Notes under the pieces: generated by a model
What the model was told of the DNA's origin: nothing
What the model saw: the letters and a program-made list of their open reading frames with translations, nothing else
The model's database searches: none
Position numbers and translations under genes: made by a program
Shown: positions 1-9,800 of the stretch, in pieces
Layout: every line of letters begins with the position of its first letter
Numbering within the stretch: the stretch's first letter is position 1
Virus record (IMG/VR): IMGVR_UViG_3300025707_000004
Reading direction: 5' to 3' (one strand)
DNA: 64,000 bases
From: a virus

Positions 1-348
1 ACAACCAAGGTTCTGGCCAAGTTGGCCGCCGTTGAAGCCGCGCAAGCGGTCGCAGCCCCTGATGAGCCCCCGCCCCCGCCTGAAGAGGCTGGAGAGGCGG
101 AAGAGGACCAGGAAGCTGCCGCGGAGGCCCAGGCCGAAATGAGCGAAGACGAGAACCTGGAGCACTTGTCCCTTTCGGACGTGCTTCAGGATGCTCTCGG
201 AGCGGGTACCTCCGACGCGAGCCCTGACCAACAGGCAGGGGCCGAGACCGGTGATGAGGCAACCAGCGACATCGGGGACAAGGTGAGGCAGAGCCTCATC
301 AAGAAGCTGAAAGTTCGGGTCCACCCTGAGCAGCAGCGAGGAGCGTGA
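1..348 (+). CDS. Acidic head-module protein, 5'-partial (scaffold-like)
   Basis: Frame open from base 1; E/A/P-rich; precedes the capsid genes. Confidence 0.55.
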   Translation, partial: TTKVLAKLAAVEAAQAVAAPDEPPPPPEEAGEAEEDQEAAAEAQAEMSEDENLEHLSLSDVLQDALGAGTSDASPDQQAGAETGDEATSDIGDKVRQSLIKKLKVRVHPEQQRGA

Positions 349-349
349 G

Positions 350-709
350 ATGTTGACCAAAGAGGCAGCTCAGGAAGTTATGGCCGCGGTTCCGGGGGTT
401 CTTCGTGCCTTGGTGGCGGAGCGCGACGCGCTTCGTGCCGAGAACGACGGGCTGAAGGAGAAGCAGGCATCGGCTGACCTTGCCGGAGACGTGGTCGACC
501 TGATGGAGTCGCGTGGTCTTGGAGAGGCGGGCATGTCCCGCAAGGAAAAGATTGCGGCTCTTCTGATCTCAGGACGTGACCTCAACGTGCTGCAACAGGC
601 GGTCTCGATGCAGGCGCCAGAGATGTCGTTTTCCAAAGTTGCTAGTTCAGCGTCCGAGGGGGGCCAGAGCGGAGACCGCTTTGAGTCCTACCTTCGTGGC
701 GGGAACTAG
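350..709 (+). CDS. Coiled-coil head-module protein with K-x-A motifs
   Basis: GAGGAG RBS; KEAA, EKQAS and KVAS motifs; in capsid operon. Confidence 0.6.
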   Translation: MLTKEAAQEVMAAVPGVLRALVAERDALRAENDGLKEKQASADLAGDVVDLMESRGLGEAGMSRKEKIAALLISGRDLNVLQQAVSMQAPEMSFSKVASSASEGGQSGDRFESYLRGGN

Positions 710-737
710 AGTTCAGACGTACAAGGAGAAATAAAAA

Positions 738-1331
738 ATGGCTGTTAAGCCAATTTCTGCCACGCGTCGCCGCAACGTCAAGCCGGTCTCTTCCATTATC
801 CGCGCCAACCTGACGCGTGATATTGACTGCAGTGCGATGGCCTTCCCCCCTGAGGATGGTCAGTTCGTGATGGTCAACGGAGAAGTCGGTTCCAACCTTG
901 CGGTGGCCGATGGTGTGTTCGTTGGCGCCAATGTCGCTGGCGTTACCGCTACGACCATCGAGGCTTCTGGCCTCCGTATGGTGTGGGCCTCGGCCCTGCG
1001 TAGCGACCGGTCGGCGAGTGGCGACAAGCGTGTGCCCGTCATCTGGATGGGGCCGTTGGAGATTGAAACCAATCTCTACCTGCTCGCTGACGATGGCGAG
1101 GACAACAACCACGTCAGCAACTTCGCCGAGGGCAACCTCGTCTCGGTGGCTGAGGCCAACGTCGCCGTGGAGGGTTCGCTGAACCGTCTGCTGCTGACTC
1201 CGCTGCCCCATGGTTCCGCCGGCTGGGCTGTCGGGCAGGTCACGCGCAGTTCCGCCGTCAAGGGCGCCTCGGGCGTCAAGATTCGCGTCATGCTCTACGA
1301 CATGCCACGCTTCGTCGGCGAGAGGATTTAG
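738..1331 (+). CDS. Putative capsid decoration/cement protein
   Basis: AAGGAG RBS; beta-rich 197 aa immediately upstream of the MCP. Confidence 0.5.
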   Translation: MAVKPISATRRRNVKPVSSIIRANLTRDIDCSAMAFPPEDGQFVMVNGEVGSNLAVADGVFVGANVAGVTATTIEASGLRMVWASALRSDRSASGDKRVPVIWMGPLEIETNLYLLADDGEDNNHVSNFAEGNLVSVAEANVAVEGSLNRLLLTPLPHGSAGWAVGQVTRSSAVKGASGVKIRVMLYDMPRFVGERI

Positions 1332-1334
1332 TCG

Positions 1335-2531
1335 ATGAGTGTTGCAAATGACGCCCTGAACGCCCTCTTCGCGCAGAAGCTCGATACGGCTGAAGGCAAA
1401 GAGAAGATCGCCGCCTACGGTTCGGACTGGATTCGGGACCGCCTCCGCGAGGAGTCGTTCGCTCGGAAGATCCTGCCGCCACGTCAGGTCGGACGCAGTG
1501 AGCTGCAGGTGTCGGTGAACCACGACACCCTGATCAAGATCGTCGAGACTGAGCCGGAAAGTCGTGCCATGAGCATGTCGTTCCGTGGTCAGCCCGACGT
1601 GAACTACTACACGGCGAGCCGGTTCGAGGTGCCCTTCCACGAGGTGGGTTCCCCGCGGTTCGAGCAGACGACCCAGGAGCTGGCCGCCTACACGATCCCC
1701 GTCACGGCGATCATCAAGCGGCACATCGTCAACGACATCCAGGAGGTTGAGGACGTCACGTTCTTGAACCACGTGGAGTCGGCGTGTCAGTCGCTGCAGG
1801 AGGACGCCAACGGGCTGGTCTTCGGCGCGGTCTACGCGGACGATGACGCTTTCTCGGCTTTCAACGTTGCCCAGGGCACCGTGAAGGAGCTGGGCAAGGT
1901 CAAGGGAATCGACGTCATCCAACAGTCCGCCGCGGCCAACGCCGAGGATGGTCTGGACGAGGACCTCATCTTCCCGCTGCAGAAGGACGACATCATCAAG
2001 CTGGGGAAGCTCTTCCCCGGTCGTGGTGGTGCCCGCAACGGTCGCCTGCGTGCTGAGAAGCTTCTCATCACGGACACCGACCTGATGGACGCTGCGGCGT
2101 GGACGACCTCGGACGCGGGTGACAAGATCCCCGGCGAGACGGCCGTCAGTGGTTGGAAGTACAAGTCCCTCGTGGGGCTCACGTACATCCGTACGCTGAA
2201 GACCGACATCCTGCGCCCTGGCAACCTCTACGCGTTCTGTTCGCCCGACTACCTTGGCGGGTTCCTCATCCTGAACAAGACGCAGTTCTACGCGGACAAG
2301 GAGCGCAACCGCGTTTCCTTCGAGGCGTGGGAGGACATCGCCATCTACCTCGGCAACGTCGCCGCAGTTCGCAAGTTGGAGCTGTACGCGGGTGCTGTTG
2401 AGTTGGTCGACGACGTCCTGCACAACCCGACTCCCCGGGCGGACTTCCTTCCGTTCGCTGAGAAGGACCTGGGCAAGCTGAACAACCTCGTGGAAGAGAA
2501 CATCACCTTCCCCGCGGTCTCGCAGTTCTAG
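1335..2531 (+). CDS. Putative major capsid protein (HK97-like fold)
   Basis: 398 aa; strong codon bias; 'IRDRLREESFARKILPP' N-terminal segment; followed by a terminator; upstream of neck and tail genes. Confidence 0.75.
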   Translation: MSVANDALNALFAQKLDTAEGKEKIAAYGSDWIRDRLREESFARKILPPRQVGRSELQVSVNHDTLIKIVETEPESRAMSMSFRGQPDVNYYTASRFEVPFHEVGSPRFEQTTQELAAYTIPVTAIIKRHIVNDIQEVEDVTFLNHVESACQSLQEDANGLVFGAVYADDDAFSAFNVAQGTVKELGKVKGIDVIQQSAAANAEDGLDEDLIFPLQKDDIIKLGKLFPGRGGARNGRLRAEKLLITDTDLMDAAAWTTSDAGDKIPGETAVSGWKYKSLVGLTYIRTLKTDILRPGNLYAFCSPDYLGGFLILNKTQFYADKERNRVSFEAWEDIAIYLGNVAAVRKLELYAGAVELVDDVLHNPTPRADFLPFAEKDLGKLNNLVEENITFPAVSQF

Positions 2532-2544
2532 CAGCCCGCTAGAG

Positions 2545-2576
2545 GGGTGGAGGGGCTTAGTTCCCTCCACCTTTCT
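2545..2576 (+). terminator. Intrinsic terminator after MCP
   Basis: GGTGGAGGG-loop-CCCTCCACC then TTTCT. Confidence 0.6.
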
Positions 2577-2625
2577 GCTACCCTCTTAGACGTGGCCGTG
2601 AGTCATTTCAAACTGAGGTAGTCAA

Positions 2626-3234
2626 ATGCCCTTCCGAATCCGACACCTTCACGAGCATCGCAACGACCCCAAGCGTCGTGGAGCGAACCGTGCGGGGAAT
2701 CTCCTGCTGCGTCGTGCCAAGGTAAACATCGGAGGCAGGGTTCTGCGCGAGGGCCGCGGCATCGTTCTCCCTGACGCGGTTGTGCTGAAGTACCTTGCTC
2801 TCCTCCTCCAGTACCGCGACGCCGGGCTGATTGAGGTCTTTCCTCTCCCCCGCACTCCGGACGAGATGTACGAGAAGCTGGGCATGACCCCGCCCGCTCT
2901 TCCGCCGGAACCTGAGCCCGAGCCGGAACCTGAGCCCGAGCCGGAACCTGAGCCTGAGCCGGAGCCCGAGCCTGAGCCGGAGCCCGAGCCGGAACCTGAG
3001 CCCGAGCCAGAGCCGGAGCCCGAGCCGGAGCCGCAGCCCGAGCCCGAGCCGCAGCCCGAGCCCGAGCCCGAGCCCGAAGAAGAGGAAGAGGAAGAGCCGG
3101 AGCCGGAAGAAGAGGAAGAGCCCGAGCAGGAAGAAGAGCCTGATGGGGACGCCCCCGCTGCAGCTCCTTCAGCCCGTAAGCGCCCCCGGGGCCGACGAGC
3201 GCGGGCGGTAGCCAAGAAGACGAAGGAAGAGTAG
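2626..3234 (+). CDS. Protein with long (Pro-Glu)n repeat and basic C-terminus
   Basis: GAGG RBS; long EP dipeptide run then poly-E. Confidence 0.7.
   Translation: MPFRIRHLHEHRNDPKRRGANRAGNLLLRRAKVNIGGRVLREGRGIVLPDAVVLKYLALLLQYRDAGLIEVFPLPRTPDEMYEKLGMTPPALPPEPEPEPEPEPEPEPEPEPEPEPEPEPEPEPEPEPEPEPEPEPQPEPEPQPEPEPEPEEEEEEEPEPEEEEEPEQEEEPDGDAPAAAPSARKRPRGRRARAVAKKTKEE
2905..3138 (+). repeat. Hexamer tandem repeat (CCNGAR)n encoding PE/EP, then poly-Glu
   Basis: Directly visible. Confidence 0.9.
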
Positions 3235-3240
3235 GCCACC

Positions 3241-3585
3241 ATGCGAGGAAAGAGCCCCACCTTCCGCGTCAAGAACCTGAGTACCCGGGCGTTTCACGTC
3301 AAGAGCATGTACTTCGCTGGGCAGAGTGAGCAGAACCTGAGCACCTCCCTGCGTGACGTCGTCGAGCGGCTGATTGCCAAGGGGCTCCCTCTCCAGATTC
3401 AGGACATGGAGCCGCCTAAGGCGCCTGAGCCCGAGGTTGTGCCGGAGGCCGAGACGGTCCCGGCCCCTCCTGTCGAGCCCGAGCCGGAAGAAGCAGAAGA
3501 AGCGGCCGAGGTACCCAGGCCGGTCACGCGCAAGCGCCCACGTCGGAAGAGCGGGGCCAAAGCCAAGGCCAAGGCGGCTGAGTAA
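3241..3585 (+). CDS. Hypothetical P/E-rich protein with basic tail
   Basis: ORF in operon; architecture similar to the upstream gene. Confidence 0.6.
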   Translation: MRGKSPTFRVKNLSTRAFHVKSMYFAGQSEQNLSTSLRDVVERLIAKGLPLQIQDMEPPKAPEPEVVPEAETVPAPPVEPEPEEAEEAAEVPRPVTRKRPRRKSGAKAKAKAAE

Positions 3586-4130
3586 TGTCGGGCGTTGAGC
3601 AAGACCCAAAGGACCCGTCCACCATCCCGACAGGGCCGGGTGCGGCGATTGCGCAGGGGCCGCCGAAGAAGCTGCTCGATGCGATTACCCTCATCCGCGC
3701 GAAGCTCCGCGACTACCCGGAGCTGAACAGGTTGGTCGCGGGGCAGGAGAACAGCGACCGGCAGATAGCCTTCGCTGTCATGTACTGCGTGGACGACTGG
3801 AACTGCACCCCGCCGCTTATCGAGGACACGACGCTGGCGTCCTTCCCCTCGATGGCGCTTCTCATTGACGGGTCCATCGTCCAGGTCCTGCAGTCGGTGG
3901 GCCTGCTCCAGATGCGCAACCACATGCGGTACAGCGACGGCCAGGGCATGCAGGTCAGTACCTCCGACAAGGCCCCCCAGCTGATGGGGTGGGCCAACCT
4001 CTTTTCGCAGGGGTACGAGGCGAAGAAGATGCGCCTCAAGCGTGCCCTCAACCTCCAGGGCTCCCTGAACGGAAGTGGCCTGCCTTCGGAGTACACTTAC
4101 ATCAACGGCTGGTTCTCGGACGGGGAATAG
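3585..4130 (+). CDS. Putative head-tail adaptor (neck) protein
   Basis: Helical 181 aa located after the MCP; TAATG overlap with previous gene. Confidence 0.5.
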   Translation: MSGVEQDPKDPSTIPTGPGAAIAQGPPKKLLDAITLIRAKLRDYPELNRLVAGQENSDRQIAFAVMYCVDDWNCTPPLIEDTTLASFPSMALLIDGSIVQVLQSVGLLQMRNHMRYSDGQGMQVSTSDKAPQLMGWANLFSQGYEAKKMRLKRALNLQGSLNGSGLPSEYTYINGWFSDGE

Positions 4131-4132
4131 AC

Positions 4133-4498
4133 ATGGCAGCGCTCAAACCACAGGACCGGCCATCAGCTCGGTTCGACTTCACCACCGCGGCGGAGGCCGT
4201 AGACGTGTTGGTCGCGGGTGCGGAGTTCTTCCGGCGCTTCATGGTCCACATCGACGGCGGCGTCCAGGACGCCCAGGATGTCGACATCAAGGTCTCGCTG
4301 AATGGGACGGACTTCCCGGTGTTGCTGACCGCTATCGCGGCGACTGTAAATGGCGCCCCCGGCGTCGTCTTCCAGTTCGAGCTACAGACTATCCCCCGCA
4401 ACGGAATGAAGATTGCCTTCGCCAACAACGCAGCGGGCGGCAAAATTCACGTGATGATGTATGAGAACCCCTCGTACATTGCGCGTCACCAGAACTAG
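4133..4498 (+). CDS. Hypothetical beta-rich virion protein
   Basis: ATG at 4133, just after the upstream stop. Confidence 0.55.
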   Translation: MAALKPQDRPSARFDFTTAAEAVDVLVAGAEFFRRFMVHIDGGVQDAQDVDIKVSLNGTDFPVLLTAIAATVNGAPGVVFQFELQTIPRNGMKIAFANNAAGGKIHVMMYENPSYIARHQN

Positions 4499-4511
4499 GG
4501 GAGGGGTACCG

Positions 4512-5282
4512 ATGACTGAGCACAACCCGCTGACCGAGTACCTCGAAAAGGAAGCCTCGACGATGTCTGAGAAGCAGTGGCACGACGGAGCGCGATTCTT
4601 CATTTCTCTCCGCGAGTCTCAGGTGCCCGACGAGGACCGGTATACCGCCATCGTCAAGGAGGCCAGCCTCAAGTGGCTCGCTGGAGCGGCACGTCAGGCG
4701 GGGAAGGACGCGGGCTCCTCGGGGAAGAAGATCAAGGACATCCTCGGCAAGCCCTCGCTCGGCGAGCGCATCGGCGAGAAGTTCCACGACATCAAGGGCG
4801 GCATCGGCGACGTCCGGATGAAGATTCGCGACGCGGAGCGGAAGCACCTCTACAGCCGCATCCCGTTCGTGGGTCCGAGCCGCGAGACCAAGCTCCGCTG
4901 GCTGGCTGAGCGGCACGACACGGACTTCGCTACCCGTAAGGGCATCGAGGCCCTGCTGGGTGGCATCAAGAACGCCAAGATTTCAAAGGGCCACAAAGCC
5001 CTTGGAGACGCCCGGCGGGTCATGCGAGGCAAGGGCCTCACGGGCAAGCTCAACCGTCTTGACGGCTCTGGCCTGCTCCCGGGTGGGAAGAGCGTCGAGG
5101 ATACGGTGAAGGGCCAGTACGCCGCGTTCAAGGCGGGCCGAGCGGGCAAGATGGACGCCGCGCGGAAGAAGCGCATCCTTCGTGGTGCTGCTGTCGGCGG
5201 AGGTGCCCTGGCTGGCGGGGTCACGCTGGGCGCGCTGCTGAAGGGCAAGAAGAAGAGTTCGGACCAGGAGAACTGGAGCTAA
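4512..5282 (+). CDS. Basic Gly-rich protein with EKEA/KEAS motifs and C-terminal hydrophobic segment
   Basis: GGAGG RBS; LEKEAS and VKEAS motifs. Confidence 0.65.
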   Translation: MTEHNPLTEYLEKEASTMSEKQWHDGARFFISLRESQVPDEDRYTAIVKEASLKWLAGAARQAGKDAGSSGKKIKDILGKPSLGERIGEKFHDIKGGIGDVRMKIRDAERKHLYSRIPFVGPSRETKLRWLAERHDTDFATRKGIEALLGGIKNAKISKGHKALGDARRVMRGKGLTGKLNRLDGSGLLPGGKSVEDTVKGQYAAFKAGRAGKMDAARKKRILRGAAVGGGALAGGVTLGALLKGKKKSSDQENWS

Positions 5283-5288
5283 GCACGC

Positions 5289-6200
5289 ATGCTGCATGTG
5301 GCGCACCTACGTGTCCGCAGCTTCAGTCTCGACTACCTCGACATCTACTGGAGTCTGGCGAACGGAACATCTGAGGACCCACGGGATTACGAGTTCGTAG
5401 TCCAGTGGTCGTCCAATCAGTATGGTCCGTACCAAGCGGTCTCCGCCCCCATCATCGACGGGTTCCACTTCAGGGACACGACGGTCAAAGGGCAGCACTC
5501 TTTCTACCATCAGCGTTATTACCGACTAATAATCCGAAATCGCTCCTCGCAGGTCGAGGTCGCTTTTCCGGCTGAAGGCGGTGTCCGTCTTGAGGCTCCT
5601 GCGGACCTCATGGCGCTGGAGATGGCGCGGCAAGAGAACCTCAAGCTGAAGGAGTTCAACGGGCGGAAGGTGTGGGTCTTCGCGAAGCGGGTCTCGGGTC
5701 CGCGCTGCACTGCCTGCTATGACCCTGTCCAGCGTCGGCGAGTACGAAGTGACTGCGCGTCCTGCTTCGGCACCGGCACCTACGGCGGCTACCATGCCCC
5801 TGTCGAGTGCTACATGCAGATCCACACTCCGACAGAAGTCACACTGAAGATTCCTGACGGGGAGGTCCAGGTGGAGAACACGCAGTTCCGTCTGGGCAAC
5901 TACCCTGAGCTGTCTGAGGGTGACTTGGTCGTCGAGGCAGAGAACGTACGGTGGGCGGTCAGCGACCAAGTCGACAAGGTCCGGAAAGCCCGAGCGTTGG
6001 TCCGGCAGCAGGGCATCCTGCACCGCATCCCGAAGACCGATGCGCAGTACAACGTGCCGCTCAAGCTGACTGTGACCGAGGCGGGGGACCTACTGGGCTC
6101 TCCTGACCGGAACTTCTCGAACCCGCACAACCTCGCCGACGCTGACGTAGGCAAGGCAATCATCAGGCTGTTCGGCCCCCGTGACCATGAGCATCAATAA
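5289..6200 (+). CDS. Putative neck/head-closure protein (FN3-like N-terminus, two CxxC)
   Basis: CTAC and CASC motifs; lies between adaptor and tail terminator. Confidence 0.5.
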   Translation: MLHVAHLRVRSFSLDYLDIYWSLANGTSEDPRDYEFVVQWSSNQYGPYQAVSAPIIDGFHFRDTTVKGQHSFYHQRYYRLIIRNRSSQVEVAFPAEGGVRLEAPADLMALEMARQENLKLKEFNGRKVWVFAKRVSGPRCTACYDPVQRRRVRSDCASCFGTGTYGGYHAPVECYMQIHTPTEVTLKIPDGEVQVENTQFRLGNYPELSEGDLVVEAENVRWAVSDQVDKVRKARALVRQQGILHRIPKTDAQYNVPLKLTVTEAGDLLGSPDRNFSNPHNLADADVGKAIIRLFGPRDHEHQ

Positions 6201-6819
6201 GCCCCCGCCAGAAGCCTCGTTCGCGGAAGCACTGGAGGATCGTCTCCAGGTGGCTGTGCGGGCGTTCATCCTCTTCAGCCAGGGGTTGTTCCGTGCGCGC
6301 CAGCCGGGCAGCTACCACTGGGACCCGGTGGACGAGGAGAGCGACGTCTTCATCGCGGGACAGGAGCCGGATGAGCGGGAGGCCAGCAACAAGCGCCCCC
6401 GCATCATCGTGTCCCGGACCCAGGTCAACTTCGGCGGGACGTCAATCGACCAGACGTTGAAGCCGCGGTGGATTGGGCAGAACCTGACCATGACGGACTT
6501 GGTGTCGTTCCACATCGTGTTCTCGTGCACGGCGCGAGAGGGGCTAGAGGCTCAGCTGCTGGGATGGTGGGTTGCCACTCGCATGCTGTTGTTCCAGCGC
6601 GAGCTGCACAAGGTGGGTCGGCTTCACCACATTGCCACCCAGCGATTGACCATCAATCCGGAGACCCCGGCCAAGCGGGTAATCCCCGGTTCGCCTACCC
6701 CGGAGTGGAAGACGGTCCAGGTATCGGTGCCCGTTTCACTGCAGGAAGTCATTTCTGCTGATGCGAGCGGATTCTATAGTCAAGTAAGCCGGTATATGCT
6801 TGAGTTCAGTGACAACTAA
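6187..6819 (+). CDS. Putative tail terminator/completion protein
   Basis: Size and position directly upstream of the sheath. Confidence 0.5.
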   Translation: MSINKPPPEASFAEALEDRLQVAVRAFILFSQGLFRARQPGSYHWDPVDEESDVFIAGQEPDEREASNKRPRIIVSRTQVNFGGTSIDQTLKPRWIGQNLTMTDLVSFHIVFSCTAREGLEAQLLGWWVATRMLLFQRELHKVGRLHHIATQRLTINPETPAKRVIPGSPTPEWKTVQVSVPVSLQEVISADASGFYSQVSRYMLEFSDN

Positions 6820-6893
6820 ACAGCCTTGTTTTGAGCACGTGCCGCCGACTGGCACACTCCATTTGGGTACTGCAATGAGGAGCCGGAAACACA

Positions 6894-9800
6894 ATGGCAC
6901 AGCTTAGGCGCCCCAGTGTCGAGATTGACCAGCAGCTCAGTGCTGCTGCCCCCACCGTTCTGGAGCCCGACCTCGTTGCTTGCATCGTTGGGCCTTGCTT
7001 CCAGATTGTTGAACCCCTGGACGCTGACGGCGCCCTGAACGCGAAGGCGCAGGTGCTTACCGGAGCGGTCATCCGCAGCTCGGCAGCAGTTGGGGCGGCG
7101 ATTGCCGGCTCCGGCAAGAAGCTGAGCATCGCGGTCGACGGGGCTCCGGGGCAGGTCATCAACCTCCCGGTCACCGTTGGTGGGGCTACGCTCTCGCAAG
7201 AGATCGTCCAGAACAGCATCAACGCCCAGCTCACCGGAGCGACGGCGCTGTTCCAGGACAACAAGCTCGTGCTTGCGACGGTCACCAAGGGGAGGAGTGC
7301 TCGACTCAAGTTGGAGGTCATCGCGGCTGACGCGTACACCCTGCTCAACTTGACTGCGGACACGGAGACCCTCGGTACGGATGGCTACACCGGACAGGAC
7401 TACGAGGTTGGCTTCGGCGACCTTCCGTCCCCGATGGCGTCCATCGGCGAGGTCGCCATCGATGCCGACGACGTCACGCCCTACCGGTACTTCGCTGGCA
7501 CGCTCCAGCCCTTCCGCGACGACGCGTCGGGTAACTGGAACTCGTTCACCGGCTCCGCCAGTGAGTTCGCGAACGTGGTCACGTCGCTGGTCAACCAGCC
7601 TGCGCTGGGCAACCTGCGGACCAACTTGACCGGCCGCAGCATCCCGGGCTCGAAGACCAACACGCTGGTTCACACCGGTCGTGAGGCGAGCATCAAGATT
7701 CCCCTCGCCCACTTGGCGAAGGGCTCCGGTACCGAGCAGTGGCCTGACGTCACTGGGCTGAACTGGTTGAACGTCGAGGCTATCGGCCTTCAGAACTGGC
7801 GTAAGGACCAAGCGAACGGCGTGCCGGGCAACTTCATTGGTGCCCTAGGCAATGCGGTCAACGTGAAGTTCACGACGGTTGTCGGGCTGGACGCGGGCAC
7901 GGCGAAGTTCGTGTACACATCCGGCACCAAGACCTTGGACGTCCAGCGGCAGGCCGTCACGGTCACGTACGACGCCCTTCAGACGGCGCTCGACGCGGGC
8001 ATCGGCGGGATGGACACGGCGAAGGACCTCATCGTCACGCTGAACTTCGCAGACGGCATGGGGGCGGTTCCCTTCCTTCCTACGGCTGGCCTGCAGGCGG
8101 AGTGGCACTGCGGCGGAGGCGAAGACGCCCCCAACTTCAAGGCCGACCACACGACCATCGTGGCGTCCATCACTGGCGCGATGCCGGTGGAAGCTGCCGA
8201 TACGGCCGAGACCGAGCTGGGCATCAGCGGCAAGCTGAGCCTGTCCATCCACGGAGGTCCTTGGATTGACGTGGACATGTCCGGTGTGGTGGTTGACGCC
8301 ATCCACGCGGTCGCTGGTATCTCCTGCACCAGTGTGGCTGTGTTCTCACCCGACGATGACAACGGCGATGCAACCGTGGGCAAGTCGATCAACGTGCTGC
8401 GCATCAGCACCACGGATGGCGGCCTCGGCCCGGACTCGTCCCTCGAAATCAAGGCGGACAACGACGCCATCCTGGAGACGCTCTTCGGCGGCTTCAAGTC
8501 GCGGACGGCCACGCTTTCGGGCATCGGTACCGCTGGTGGTGCTGGCTGGCAGGACGCACGTCGTCGCCACGTCCTCGCCAAGGCGAACTACAACTCGCGT
8601 GCCGGTGCTTCGCGTGACGGGGCTCTCGTCCCGGGCGCGCAGACCATCGCGTACACGGGGCTGACGTCTCCGGCGTTCATCCTCTGTGACGTCACCCTCG
8701 GGGCACTGGCGGACCACGACGGCGTCTTGGACGTCAAGCACTCCGCCTACGACGGCGGCGCGGGCACCGTTGTCTCTCTCGCCATCGACGCGTTCGTTGG
8801 TACTCCGACGCTCGCGGAGGTCGTGAAGGAAATCGACGAGCAGATTCAGGCGGAAGCTGACCCTGGTGGTGGAGACCTCGATACGTTCATTGGCGTGAGC
8901 GAGCTGAACGGGCGTATCTGCTTCTTTGACCGGAAGCACGTGAATGGGGCGACCATTCGTCTGCTCTCGGATGCGGCAGGCAGCACCACTGCTGCCTTCG
9001 AGACCGCTCTGGGCGGGGCCGCTGCTTCTTTCGACCAGGACGCCACCACGGTGACGAACGCGTCGTGCAAGATTCAGGACAAGGGCGCCAACTTCGCGCT
9101 GCGGATGATCGAGGTGGGGCACGCGTTCTCGAACGGCGTCTTCCCGTCCACCTTCACCGTCACCTCAGAGTCGGACCTGACTGACTCGGTCCTCAGCTCG
9201 GTCGCGGGCGAGTCGGCCATTGTCTACAGCACGGGCGCCGTCACAATCACCTTCAGTGGTGAGAATGTGCTCGACCGCGTTGTTGCTGACGACGATGAGT
9301 TGTCCCTCTTGCTCCGGTTCACCGGTACGGGCGATGCGACGACGAGCGACACGGCGCTCACCTTCCGGCGTGTGTGGGCCAACGCGTTCCACTCTGAGCA
9401 GATTTCCTACAAGGGTCGCCTGTTCACTGGTGGTGCCGCCAAGGTCAAGCCCGGCGACATGATGTTCAACAACGGGGCCATCCTCGGCCGCGTCGTTGCC
9501 CTCAACGACTTCGTCATCGGCGGAAGCACCTTTACGGGTGGTGAGCTGGTCCTCTCGGAGTTCTCGGTCGACAACAACAAGGACCTCGCCAACTGGAACA
9601 TCGTGGCGGAGAACCTGCCCGACTCTGTCGACCGGCCGGACCTCGCGCCGGAGATGGTCGTCGACACGTTGCTGGAGCGCTTCGTGGTCAAGGGCGGGGT
9701 CAACCGTGACGCTGCTGGCATCCCGATGGGCGGTGTCGCACCGGTCTACGTGGGCTACAAGGCTCTGCGCAAGGACGTGAGTGCGGCGGCCGTCTCGCCT

